Origin: Gnetum montanum
Taxonomy: Eukaryota; Plantae; Gnetophyta
Length of the DNA: 64,000 nucleotides
Reading direction: 5' to 3'
NCBI GenBank assembly: GCA_015680685.1
Contig: MNCI01001451.1
Coordinates: forward strand, 545,919-609,918
The position numbers and the translations under genes are program-made. Positions 12,163 through 24,622 of this stretch are shown here, piece after piece; the stretch's first letter is position 1; every line of letters starts with the position of its first letter. Below the pieces are notes generated by a model. That model did no database searches. It saw only the letters and a list, made by a program, of their open reading frames with translations, and was not told the origin of the DNA.

Positions 12163-12625
12163 TAGATTCGTCCTGGCATCATGATGGTAAACTGATACCA
12201 CAGATTCGTCCTGGCATCATGATGGTAAATTGATACCATAGATTCATCCTAGCATCATGATGGTAAACTGATACCACAGATTCGTCCTGGCATCATGACG
12301 GTAAACTGATATCACAAATTCATCCTAGCATCATGACAGTAAACTGATACCATAGAATGTCCTGGGTTATGACTCAAAACTAACACCACAGAGCAGTCCT
12401 AACATCATGACCTAAAACCGATACCACAGAGCGTCCGATATGACATTAAACTACCACAGTCTTGTACACCAGAGTCCACTAAGACTATAAACTAGCTCGC
12501 CTCTTCATAATCCACCACGACTATAAACTAGCATTGAACCGTCTACTACGATGATAAACTGGCAATGTCCAAGGGATTATGACATAAAACTAACCTACGG
12601 TAGTCTGCTAAGACTATAAACTAGC
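12163..12625 (+). repeat. 38-bp tandem array (5 near-identical units at 12163-12352) decaying into GAC-N3-AAACT units
   Basis: Unit yagattcgtcctggcatcatgayggtaaactgatacca starts at 12163, 12201, 12239, 12277 and 12315. Confidence 0.92.
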
Positions 12626-13282
12626 AAGATCATCTCCAGCACATTCATCCGCTGCTATAATTCATGGCATTTCTTCATCAACGCTTACCACATCATTCAT
12701 CACATTGGCTCTGACTACACTATTGCTGCTCATTTTGTTTACCTTAAGTTTCACATGGTGCCTCCATTTGCATCAGCCACATTCATGTTTGAAGTGTTCG
12801 CTAACTCATTCACTTGTGGTTTTCTTATCTTCTTGGAGTTGTGTTTGCAGGATGACACCTAGTGGTGCTCATACACGGATACACTTCATCATGTTGACAA
12901 GGTGCCACATTGTTTCTGACGCACGCAACTAGGTTAATCAATCTGTTCAAAAGTACATTCCCAGTTCCCAACACATTCTTCATTTCCCCAACACTCTCAT
13001 TCCCTTTCCTATCCGGTTATAGTTCCTAGATACACCCAGTACATCCCAAAACTTTGAGCACACTGTTACACGCTATGACACTCTCAAGCAGTTGCAACAC
13101 ACAACATGGCACATGAGCATGTGTGAAAAATTGAAATAAAGTTGCTTCATTTCTAGTAAAAAAAAAGATCAAAGAGCAAAGAGCAAAATGAACCACAAGA
13201 CCCTTGGCACTTCCCATACAAGCCCCAGGCAGGAAGGTAGTTGTCTTGGAAAGAAGTACTTGTGTATCAAATCATCATGTTT

Positions 13283-13460
13283 CACCTCACTGCGTGGCTT
13301 TGGTTGTCGAACAATGAGTTCCCTTAGACACTCCACAAGGGTCCTGTTTCTCCAAAGAATGCATCACCTCATCGCGTGGCTTTGGTTGTGATAACAAGTT
13401 CTCTCAAACATGATACAAGAGTCTTGTTCCGCCAAAGGACGTACTCCTCATGCCTTGGTT
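13283..13460. repeat. 82-bp imperfect tandem duplication in E1 3' UTR
   Basis: cacctca..gcgtggctttggttgt at 13283 and 13365. Confidence 0.7.
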
Positions 13461-13743
13461 CCAAGTCTACCAAATATTGGCCATCGACAAGGAACAACAT
13501 GACTTGTTTGCACAAGACGAATAATCCTCTCCCACACCAGCACAATCCCTTGATCAATTCCCAATCCCACAGTTGTAAACATCTCCTCTAGATATCATCT
13601 CAAAACTTCATTTCCCAATCCCAAGTGCTTCTAAACATAGTGCGAGGACATGTGGCCAAGTGTCAAAGGACAATGCTACTAAGTTGCTTGTGGTGTTTTG
13701 TACTTCTTTGTCGACGCTTCCCGGGTCGATTCCTGCAAGCGTC

Positions 13744-13759
13744 AACAAAGAGGGGCCAA
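13744..13759 (+). promoter_or_regulatory. Polypurine tract of E1
   Basis: aacaaagaggggccaa directly before TGAAACACC; the same PPT appears in E2 and E5. Confidence 0.85.
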
Positions 13760-15337
13760 TGAAACACCACAAAAAAAAATTGGACCTAACACTTTCAGAC
13801 AAGAATCGAGCTAAGTCATGATGCTTCTCAGCATGACCGGAACTTGCGAACTTCAGAAACAACATCAAACGGAGTTGAATCAAGAAAGTAAAAGTTCCCC
13901 AAGATCCATTGGAGAATACATCAACATTTGGCAATAAGAACTACAAGTTTCAAACTCAAAACACTTAGTTTTGACTAAGTATACTTCTTACACATAGGCC
14001 TGCACGCCCAGCATGCAGCTTAGCGTGCACCCACTTTTGGGCCCCAAAAATGAGTCAAAACATGCCAGAATCAAGCATCTAGACCCCCCAAGACCTTCCC
14101 CAAGGTCCCCAATAGCTCTCAGCCACCTAAAAATTAAATTTTGGGCTCCAAATGATGGGTTTTCATTCTTGCACGCTAGCATGCACGCCCAGCATGCAGC
14201 CTAGCGTACACCATCAGAAATGGCCCAAAACAGGCACCAAAGAGCAAGATTTTCACCTAAAATCGACTCTCAGAGGTAGCAAAACTATTGGGCATCATCA
14301 CAGGCACCTAAAAATGAAGATTCAACCTCGAAATGATGCACTTCTATGACATGTACAATGAGTATACATACCTTGCACGCCCAGCGTGTAAGCCTAGCAT
14401 GTACGCCCAATGTGCAGAACAACGTACACCAGTTGAAGCCTTCTAAAACCATGTCAAATAAAGTCCAAATGAGCGAAAAGTCCACAGGCAGCATTCTCAT
14501 GAAACCAGAGCTGAAATCCACAGGCACCATTTTCTGTTGTAACAGTTGTGTTCGTTTGTAAATTTCCATTCTTTTGTGCTGGTCAAGTCTGTACGTTGGG
14601 TTCACACACCTAGCGTGTACACACTGGCATGTAGCATGCTGTACAGTTGTAACATTCTTTGCACTCGAGCAACACAACCACATGTCATTCGACCCAAAAT
14701 TTTCTCACCCACGACCACTCATATCCTTCTAGATCCAAATCTAATGCCCAAGATCTCATAAAAACCCCAATTTTTCACTAGACCAAGGTGGTAGATTTTG
14801 ACAAACAGAGACAAAAAAAATGGAAACCTAGGACACTTAGCAAATCTGGACACTAATCCTATACGTTGGGCTCCTACCCTGCACACTGACCATACAGCCT
14901 TCACATTGTGCCTGCAGTCCAAACTAGTATACCATCATCCCTCTGCATCTACTGGGGCTCTTCATCCACCTTGTGTCAGATCCACAACTACGTTTAGACC
15001 GGTGCATTGTAATCTCCATTTGGTAATAAAGTTGCTTCATTTTTGGTCAAGATTTGTTATATTTTTCATTCATTCTTGTTTACCTTTTTTGCTTATATTC
15101 CTGCACGGTTATGCTCTGGTTTACATTTATTATGCTATTTACAAATAACCTAGTGTATTGCACATTGGCATACATTTAGGGAAATCCTTGTCTGATCCGC
15201 GTGTGGACCACCCAAGGTACTCTACCTTCGTCAGTTCCAGCTCGCCCTCAAGTGAAGGTAGAGTCTTCTGTGCCTGTCTGTAGATCTCTCGGTGTCTGTT
15301 TCATTCCAGCCATGCACCGACGATTTCAGACAGTACA
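13760..15337 (+). repeat. 3' LTR of E1 (about 1.58 kb)
   Basis: Starts TGAAACACCAC after the PPT and ends ...cagacagtaCA, resembling the ends of the sister LTRs. Confidence 0.82.
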
Positions 15338-17434
15338 TTAGGCACTAGTGGTTCATTGGGCATAGCTAAGGAAGGGTTCCACAAAACTTCACAGTACCTT
15401 TGATGGCATTTGATTACCTCCTCCGACATCTGTTTGTGTTGTATACACCTGAATCCCAATAGTTGCTTCAAAAGTTTTGAAGGATTAATGGGTAAGGGGG
15501 TATACTTGGAGGGATCTTTATGCTCAAAGTTGGGCCTCGGCTAGGTCGGTGCTATAGGTGTTGATGTTGAGGATTGTCTTGTATTACTAGAGCTAGGTGT
15601 GGCATTAGCAGGAGTGTTGGCTGTTGTGGCAGCCTTTTTGTTGTTGCTGTTGTTGGGCTTGGTTTCCTTGGCCACAGTAGCTACTATTGTTGCCACGGCC
15701 TTGCCCTTCTCTTTATCTTTTTTAATGTGTGCATTTTTATAGGTGACATAGGTTGGGTCCCTACTAGCTTTGGTTATGTCTTGAATGCTCTTAGTCTGAG
15801 AAAAGGCTTGGCTAAGGGAACGCGGGGCTAGGTAATAGAGTTTAGACTTAATGAAGTTGTTTACAACTCCCTTAAAAATGGCCAACAAGTGGGCCTCAGC
15901 AATTGGCTCATGTATCTCATTCAAGGTTGTGCTCCATTGCTGTATGAATCTCTACACAAATTCTAGTGGGTACTGCTTGATGCTCATGAGCTGGTCTAGC
16001 ATGACTTCTGGTTTCAGGTTGTACTTGAAATGAGTCACAAATTAACTTAACAACTCCTCCAAGGTTGAGATGGAGGTGCATGGGAGCACATGGTACCAGT
16101 CCAGAGCTTTGCTTATTAGGCTCATGGAAAATACATAGATAATGGTGTGAGGCCATGGTTGTAGTAATAGAGATTCGGACTTGAAGGTCACCAAATGAGC
16201 ATTGGGATCGTCCTCTTGTTGTATTTTGTAAATTGGGGGAGTGGCATCCTAGGGGGCAATGTGAGCATAGGGACAGCTGAGCTAATAGGGTCATCATGGT
16301 AAAAATCCATGACTTGAACGGTCTCGAAATCAGTGGCCTTAAGTCATTAAATTTCTTTAGTGAGGGTCTAGATGAGTTGGAAGGCTTGATCTAGACTCGG
16401 GAATGTTGCAAATGGTTGTGAGGCTACCTGAATAACCATGATGGGTAATGTTATTGTGGCAACGGCTTGTCCCATGGAAGGTGCCATTGAGGATGCTCCA
16501 GCAAGTGGTGCTACCTAGGTGGTCCACCACCCAGTGGGTGGTGCTATTGGGGTGATGGTCATTGGTGGTGCCATGAGGTTGGCTACTTGCCCAGTTGGTG
16601 GGGTGTCCCACAACCCTATGTTTGGTTGTACCACATTTGAAACTTGGTACGTTTGGGGTTGTATGTAATGTGACATTTGAGAGGGTTGTGTAGTAGGGAG
16701 AGAAGTAGCTGGTGCCCACCACATGATTGAGAGTGGGTCTGCTACTATTGGTGGGATGGATGTAGATAAGGGAATAGGAGGGAAACTCATGTGTAGTTAT
16801 GACATAGGCACAATATGCACGTATGGTAACGTAGCTATGACTAACATTGGGTACAATGCTGGAACACATTGGGAAGGAAGCGTGACTAGAAACAAAGTTG
16901 AAGGGCTTGCATGTTAGTAGGTTGAAAACATGGGATGGCTGCCCATTACTGAAGAGGGTGTGGGCTATGGCATGGTTGTGGCAACAATGAAGGGGGAAAA
17001 AGAGAAGAGTGGGTTTGACCGGAAGATAACAGTGGAAGGGATAGCTGTGGTGTTGGTCAGGACACCACCTTTAGAGTGGGAGTCCAACTTCTCCTACCCA
17101 TCTTGAAATGCTTCATCATAGTGGGACACTGTGTCCCGTTCCATAGACCTACTCACTTGCATCAATTGGTTTAACACCCATTGGTACACTTTAGTTAGCA
17201 GGTTGGTGACATCAGGAGTAGGTATGAACTCCCTCCTGTTCCAGTGGAGGAACTCAAAGTTGCATTTATCCTCGAATTCTTAGCTATCTAAGGGTAGATT
17301 CGCTTTTACTTTTGCATAGAGGAAATCGTATCACTTTGGATCTTGTGTCAAACACTCGAGTGACAGGTTGCACAACCTAAGGGACTAATGTTGTACTAAT
17401 GCTGGGCTGGGTGGTCACTCGGGACCTGTTACAT
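15338..17434 (-). pseudogene. gag: gag of E4 (degenerate)
   Basis: NEIHEPIAEAHLLAIFKGVVNNFIKSKLYYLAPRSLSQAF is homologous to E1 gag. Confidence 0.82.
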
Positions 17435-18008
17435 TTTGGATGGATTAGGGTACCTGTAAGTCTGAAGTGAGAATGATAGTGATGACAAGATTCATTTTTG
17501 TTTATTATGAAAAAGAGTAAGAGAGGAGGTTGAAATATGATACACTTAGAAGCATTGAAAATTGGCTTCCTGGACTGTTATGCCTACTACGCTGAGCAGG
17601 ACCACTACGTTGATAAGGTTGCTACACTGCACAAGACATAGATAGCATAGCACAATGATTAGCGTATCGTAGTGGGTAGCGGAACACAGTAGATGGTGGA
17701 ACATTGTAGATGGTGTTGTGTAGTGAGTAGCATAACACTACAGGCAGTTTAGTAACCACTATGTGAACAGGGCTACTACACTGTACAGGATATAGATAGC
17801 ATGGTGAGGTAGACTCGTGAACATAGCACAGTGGCCACTTAAGGGCCTTTTGTCTTGCAAGGTTCTAGGGGAACCATCGAGACAACCAGTCTGTATCACT
17901 TAGTGCGTAGACAACCATGGGGGTGTTATGTCTACATGAATAGGTCATTAGTGATAGGATACAGATAGCACACAAGACTACCTGTGACACATAGAAGGAC
18001 GATAGAAC

Positions 18009-18026
18009 ACCCTTCTTCTAGCATCA
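18009..18026 (-). promoter_or_regulatory. Primer binding site of E4, tRNA-Asn type
   Basis: Minus strand tgatgctagaagaagggt is a decayed TGGCGCTAGAAGGAGGG, complementary to the plant tRNA-Asn(GUU) 3' end as I recall it. Confidence 0.75.
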
Positions 18027-18105
18027 AAAACTATAGCGACTGAAAACATCGATGGTTGGAACACCAAGAGGTTACTGGGCACATAGCCTAACCTTGGATT
18101 TGTGC

Positions 18106-19400
18106 TGTAGTGACAAAAAATGTTGGTGGCTGGAAACACCAAGAGGTCTTCAGGCGCATAGCCTAACCCCAGATTCGCACAAGGACTGTGCTGGAGAGAA
18201 TGGATTCAAGGTGCCCTGAATGGTTTGGTCAATTAGATAAGGACTTAACCGGTGTACAATAACCCTTTTGCAAACAATGATTTTAGATGGAACACTCGGT
18301 GGTAAAATAAAAAAGAAAAAGTAATGTGCATAGCAGTAGAAACATGATAAGCGTGTAACAAGACAGTAGACATGATTGAATGGTTGACAATGCCAAAAAT
18401 GAAATAAATGTTGTAATTAGCCCAAAAGAAAGTTTGAATAGGAAGATGCACCGCCCCAAAAAAGGGTATAGGTATACAAAGGGTACAATTGGCACAGTAC
18501 GAGCATAGTCACAGCCTCGGTGGTGTTAGGCTGTGAAATCTAGTGCTCACTATGATAAACTGTGCCTCCTAGGTCAGTGGTCATAGTATATCATGTGATG
18601 TAGTTGTGTCTCTCTGTCGGTGTGGCGTACTTTGGGTCTCGTTCGCCCAGGGAGCTAAGCACCAAGATGCCAAAAATGCCAAATGCCTTGCTGGTGAAGA
18701 AAAATGAAAGCCTCCTCCTCTTCTTCTCTTCTTTCTTTTTTAAAATAGGATGCAAAGATATTTATAAGGCTAGGGTTAGCCCAAAATGTAGATCTGGTGC
18801 CATGTGGAAGTGCGGTAGGTAACAACGTATAACATCATGTAATAGTAGGTACCAGTGCATAACAGTGTATCATAACAGGGTGTTACGCTACGCTACAGGA
18901 TGTTACGCTACACTACGCTATGCAACGTAGTAGGGTGCAGCGTAACAACACGTAACACAGTGTAATAACGTAGTGTAACAAGGTGTTATGTTACACTATA
19001 GGATGTTACGCTATGTTAGTAGGGTGCTACGTTACACTATGCTATGCAGCGTAGTAGCATGTAATAGCGCGTAACAGTGCAGCGGAACAGGGTGTTATGC
19101 TACGCTATGCTATGCAGCGTAGTAGTGCGTAACAGCACGTAACAATGCATAACAGTGTAGCGTAACAGGGTGTTATGCTATGCTACGCTATGCAGCGTAG
19201 TAGGGTGCTACGCTATGTAGCGTAGTAGCACATAACAGTGCATAGCAGTGTACCATAACAGGGTGTTACCTTACTCTATGCTATGCAGCATAGCAAGGTG
19301 CTACGCTATATAGCGTAGCACCACATAGAAAGTGCCATTATTTTGACACCTAAAAAAACTGCAATCAAGATTCTGAGATCCCAAATTTTGTGGTGTTTCA
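18106..19400 (-). repeat. 3' LTR of E2 (TATA at about 18760-18766; TACGCT-rich array at 18825-19320)
   Basis: Minus strand TGAAACACC...gtcactaCA; aligns with 24623-25673. Confidence 0.9.
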
Positions 19401-19416
19401 ATGGCCCATCTTTGTT
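19401..19416 (-). promoter_or_regulatory. Polypurine tract of E2
   Basis: Minus strand aacaaagatgggccat abutting the LTR start. Confidence 0.8.
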
Positions 19417-20379
19417 GATGTATGGAGGAGTGGCCCGAAAGATGTTGAAAAAGAATTACAAAACACCATAGCAAACATGTCACCAACATCATTTGTCAGC
19501 ATAAGATTGAATGTCATTTTACCATGCTCAAGAGTATTATGGGAATAAGGTTCTGCTAGGGGACAAGGCTTGCCCTTGAAACTTTGACCTCTTATTGGCG
19601 TGTTTTTGAGAGCGTTAAAGTCCATCCAAGGATGAGCCAATTGCAAAGATGTAGTGTTGTTGATTTTTTTTGTGAGGCAAACCTTTTTTTGGTTCAGCTT
19701 ACTACTGAATGTTAGTTGCAAGTTGGCCATTGAGAAGATGGGCTTTGTTTCCTAGGGATGATTCGTGTTACATCCACCTATGCTTTGACTTTGCAATAGA
19801 GGCACCCCATAGGATGAATTGTGTTACATCAACCATGGGTTCAATGGTTGATATGAAAAGAATGCCATGTGTGTCACAGTGTGTATGCATCAGAGGGGTG
19901 TAAAATCATGAGTATGGGAAGGCTAAGAGGATATTAGGATAAATGAATGTGCATAGGTTATAACAGGGATGGGTGGGATGTGCACTCTTGTGTGGCTCAA
20001 CTAGTCCAGTCATGCACATCAAAGCAACGTGATAACTTGCTACTGCAATGAGATGCACCTTTGCACAACCATCTCCAAGGCTTCATCCTACAAACACAAT
20101 TCAAAGAGGACAAGAAAACCAAAAAATGTGAAATGCAAGTGCAAATGCCAGAGGTGAAGGTGTTGCAAGTGCTGGATGCAAAGATGCTATGAGTATCAAA
20201 TGTTGTGCCAGTTGCAAGTGCTCAGAAAGCCAATGAAAGTGCTAGGGCAATGATGTTGCAAGTGTTCTGAATGCTGCACTAATGGCAAGTGCTCCAAAAT
20301 AATCACAAGAATGGTGGGAGGTGATGATGCTATGAGTGCTCCCAAGGCAATGGCAAGTGTTCGAATCAGATCAGCTACA

Positions 20380-20830
20380 TGTCGGTTTAAAGTCCTGGCA
20401 AATTGTGAACTCAGTTTAAGGTCCTAGCAGACTGTGATGTGCTGGTTTATAGTCCTAGCAGACTATTGAATGCTAGTTTAATGTCGTAGCGAACAATGAA
20501 TGTTGTGCCAGTTTAATGTCATGACCCAAGGACGAGCTATGCCAGTTTATAGTCATAGTGGACTGTCTGTGCTAGTTTATAGTCATAGCGAACTTGTGCT
20601 TACCTTGCTTGTATAAGGTGCGATGCTACATGCATAGTCATGCTATGCACCTATGAGATCCTGTAAAAAGTCAACAAGAAAGAAAACAACATCAAGAAAC
20701 TCCTATTGTAAACAAAGTTAAAATGGATCAATGAAAGGAAAGAAATGCAGAAAGTGATAGTTTTAGGCCGTTTCGGGCCATGGGCTTAGTTTAAGGCCTT
20801 TTCAGGCCGTGTGTTTTTGTAGTTTCATGT
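20380..20830 (-). repeat. GYC-N6-GRC-N3-AAACT motif arrays of E2
   Basis: ctagtttatagtcatagcg, ccagtttaatgtcatgac and tagtttaaggccttttcaggcc on the plus strand. Confidence 0.8.
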
Positions 20831-21129
20831 TTTGTAGTTTTTAGATGTAATGCGTAAGCTAAGTGGATGGATGCATAAATAAATTAAAACAAATATGTGA
20901 ACAAAACGAAATGCTTAATCTAAGTAAGTAGGCAAAATGTAAATGCGTAGGCTAGTGCTATGTAAATGAAAGTCAAAATTGCATGGGAAGTAGAGGCAAA
21001 GGGTAGGCAAGCATTTAGCACATTTTTGGCCAAGGAAAGGTATTGGTCATGTAGTTGCTTCCTAACTACACATGGATTAGGGAGGGTGCAAGGCTTAGGA
21101 TCCTCTGGGAGGTTGTTGGCTTCAATGAC

Positions 21130-21675
21130 TCATTCGGGTGTGTTAGCCTTAGGTGTTGCATTGGTTGCTGTAGGTGTATCACCAAGAAACTCTTCTTCTA
21201 AAACTTGCACCATGTCTATGTCATGGATAGTCGAAGAGGAAGCATTATCACCATGGATGATAACTTGACCACCTTCATATGGAAGGTGGATTTCTTGGTG
21301 GATGGGAGAGGAGATGGCCCTTAGTTGGGCTAGCCACAGCCTGCTTAGACTCATGTTGAAACTTGGCATCTCCTCTATGATAGTGAAATCTGCACTAGTG
21401 GGGAATTGCTCTCCTATCAAAAAGGCTAATTTGATTGTACCCCTGACTATGGCATGTGATCTGTTGAAGGATTTTAGACACATGGTTTTGGTTGGCCTGA
21501 TTTCATCTGCCAGGCCTAGCTTGTTGATGACGAAGTACAAGACTACGTTTGTTACTGCACCATCATTGACGTGCACTCTGTGGATGGTGCACTTTCCAAC
21601 ACGAATGCTAATGGATAGTGGAGATATAGTAACCTCCCCTGGTTTAGGGTTAACTTTGACTACATTGTCATAGAA
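21130..21675 (-). pseudogene. Protease of E2
   Basis: TIHRVHVNDGAVTNVV...SPIHQEIHLPYEGG is homologous to E1 protease. Confidence 0.85.
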
Positions 21676-22089
21676 TACTAGAGATGTTGCCCACTGTTGT
21701 CCATTGATGGGTAATTTCTGACACATGTTTGTGTTGGATTTGCCTAGCTTTCAAGAGTTGCTCCAGTAGTTCAGAGGGTTGCATCAGTAGTGGTGTATAC
21801 TTTGAGTAGTCCTTGCTAGTGGGGTTGCAACTACATTTTAACATGCTTGCAAGCAAAACACAACATTGATAACAATAGCCACAAGTGCAAAAGCAACCAA
21901 CCAGGTCCCAACAGCTAAGCAGCCCAAAGCCCCAACTAACAAAACTATCAATTCTGGCACCAACTCACCTACATGGATAAGGGCTACCCCAAGATCCAAT
22001 TTTCAGTGCAAGGACTGCTCAAAGTATACACCACTACTGATGCAACCCTTTGAACTACTGGAGAAACTCTTGAAAGCTCCACTGTTGGG

Positions 22090-24330
22090 ATCGAGATGTT
22101 GCCCATTGTTGGGCTTCGAGTAGGTGAGGGGCCATCACGTTGTGGCACTCTTATGACAAATGGTAATTTAGGTGGAGTTGTTGTATTGTCAACTTGTTGT
22201 GACACCTTGATAACAAAAGGTTACCTAGAGGTTGTTGTTGCATCATGCCAATTTAACGTCTTAGCAGACGGTTGTTGTGAAACTTTGCCCACAAAGGGTG
22301 CTATGGGTGCTCAAGGTGGCACTTTGATAACAAAGGGAGGCCTCTTATTTGTGGAGGCTGAGGGAATCCTTGCCTTGCTAGGAGGCACATAGATCACAAA
22401 AGGTTTTTGTGTAGGTTTAGACTTACCACCTATGCTAATGGAATTTATGGCATAGGAGGGATCATCTGTGTTGGATTGACTCACCGTGTTGATCACCAGT
22501 TGGACACATTCTATCATTCTCTGCAGGTCATCCTACAAAGCACGACAGTTGTCTATACTATGACCAGCCAATTGGTGGTAATGATAGTATTGGTCCAGCT
22601 TGAAGTGTTGTGGAACTGGGGGCTCGTTTGATACTGCTAAAGCAGGGTTCCTTAGTAGTTTGTAGTACCTATCATGTTTTTGATGGGTAATTGCCGACAC
22701 ATGTTTGTGTTGGATTTGCCTAGCTTTCAAGAGTTGCTCCAGTAGTTCAAAGGGTTGTATCGGTAGTGGTGTATACTTTGAGCAGTCCTTGCACTGAAAG
22801 TTGGATCTTGGGGTAGCCCTTATCCATGTAGGTGAGTTGGTGCTAGAATTGATAGTTTTGTTAGTTGGGGCTTTGGGCTGCTTAGCTGTTAGGCCTCGGT
22901 TGGTTGCTTTTGCACTTGTGGCTATTGTTATCACTGTTGTGTTTTGCTTGCAAGCATGTTGGTTTTTGTAGGTCACATAGGTTGGATCATTGCTAGCTTG
23001 TGCTGCTTCCTCTATGCTTTTTGCTTGGGCAAAGGCTTGGCTAAGAGACTTTGGGGCTAGATAATATAGTTTGGACTTGATAAAGTCATTCACTGCACCT
23101 TTGAAAATAGCTAGTAGGTGTGTCTCCACTAAGAGTTCATGCATTTCGTTCAATGAAGCATTCTAATGTTGGAGGAATTTTGGCATGGGCTCTAGAGACC
23201 CTTGTTTAACTTGCATCAGCTAGTCAAGGGTTGCTTCAGGCTTTAGGTTGTATTTGAAGCATGTCACAATCTTTCTTATGATATCCTCCAAAGAGGAGAT
23301 TGACACCTTGGGGAGTGTGCGATACCAGTCCAAGGCCTTGCCAGTGAGTGACATGGGGAAGACATGTATGATGGCATGTGGCCATGCTTAAAGGAGTAGG
23401 CATTCAGATCGAAATGTGACTAAGTGTGCATTGAGATCTCCTTTTCCATTGTACTTGGTAAATTGTGGTAACTAGACCCTAGTTGGGAGAGTTAGAGGTG
23501 GTACCGTAGGACTTATGGGATCATCTTGGTAGAAGTCCACCACCTTGATGGTGTTAGAGGAGGTAGCCTTAAGTTGGTTGATCTCCTCCATCAAGCTTTG
23601 GATTAGCTAGAATGCTTGATCCAAGCTTGGGGATGTGCCAGCCAGTTGCATTGGATGGGCTTATGTTGGTTGCATAGCATAGGGCAGAATTTTTGATTGT
23701 GGAGTTTCCCAGTTTAATGTCATAGTGGATGGTTGTTGCCAGTTTAATGTCATAGTGGATGATTGCTGATGTAATGGCTAAGCGATGGGTGCAGTGATTG
23801 GAGTGGACCACACATGGGTGGGTTGGATGGACACCACAGACACCAATGAGATAGGTGGGATGTAGGATGCTTGAGTTTTTTAGGGCTAGTAGGTGGCCCC
23901 TGCATGAGCATAGTGCTGGGAAAATGCATTAGTTGCTTTTGAGGAAGGCTGAATTGGCATGGTTACTATCTTGGAGGCGATGGATGGACCAAACTGAGGA
24001 GGGGTTGTAATAAGGAGTGGTTGTTGGAAGACGGTGTGGAGGGGGCTCTCATGCTTAGGGTGGGCCTCAAACTCATCTTCCTCATTCTATGAGACTTCCT
24101 CATAGGTTGTCCATGCATCATGCTTGTTTGCACGGATGAGTTGGGATAACAACTAGTGGTAGGACACCGTGAGTGGGATTATGTCAAACAAGGAGGGGTT
24201 GTACTCCCGTCTATTCTGGTGGACTCATTTGTAGTCATGTTTTGCTTCTAAATCAAGGTAATCCATTAGTAGTCCTGCTTGGATTTTGGCACAAGAGAAA
24301 TTATATTGTTCATGGCTTAATGTGGCATGC
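22090..24330 (-). pseudogene. gag: gag of E2 (degenerate)
   Basis: LAIFKGAVNDFIKSKLYYL, YHQLAGHSIDNC, PFVI(R/K)VP repeats. Start is approximate. Confidence 0.85.
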
Positions 24331-24598
24331 TTTGGCTAGATTGTGGTGTCAAATGTGTTAAACACCAATGTGGAAGGTTGATCTGGATTCATATTCACAG
24401 ATTAAGTTGTGAGAGTTGCTAGTTGCAAAAAATGGCTAACTCTGAAAACAACAGAAAAATGACTAAGTTTGTCAATGGCAGGGAAATGACAAAGTATAGA
24501 AATATAGAAAATGGCTAAGTGCAACAATCTAGAGAAAAAAATGCTAAGAATGAAAATGCAGAAAAAATGCTAAGTATGAAGATGTAGAAAAAAAATAG

Positions 24599-24615
24599 CA
24601 CTCCTTCTAGTGCCA
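24599..24615 (-). promoter_or_regulatory. Primer binding site of E2, tRNA-Asn type
   Basis: Minus strand tggcactagaaggagtg, 7 nt after the LTR end. Confidence 0.8.
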
Positions 24616-24622
24616 AAAAAAC

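Larger units (their letters stand above)
1..15337 (+). mobile_element. Ty3/Gypsy Tat-clade LTR retrotransposon E1 (5' end outside window), inserted in gag of E4
   Basis: gag, protease, RT, RNase H, additional archaeal-type RNase H, integrase, PPT and a TG...CA 3' LTR occur in order. The flank after the LTR (ttagg...) reads as E4 gag on the minus strand (PNEPLVP). Confidence 0.93.

Noticed and set aside
12163-12625. CRISPR array
   Set aside because: Units are head-to-tail without unique constant-length spacers, there are no cas genes, and the context is a plant retrotransposon UTR. The same applies to 56055-56375.
12705-15148. Short ORFs in the 3' UTR and LTR
   Set aside because: They have no recognisable motifs and are not conserved as proteins in the sister elements.
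18032-19400. Tandem element sharing one central LTR (PPT on one side, PBS on the other)
   Set aside because: The LTR ends in CA at 18106. The stretch 18032-18105 is the displaced end of the E4 LTR, and the tgtgc/tgcac TSD shows a nested insertion.
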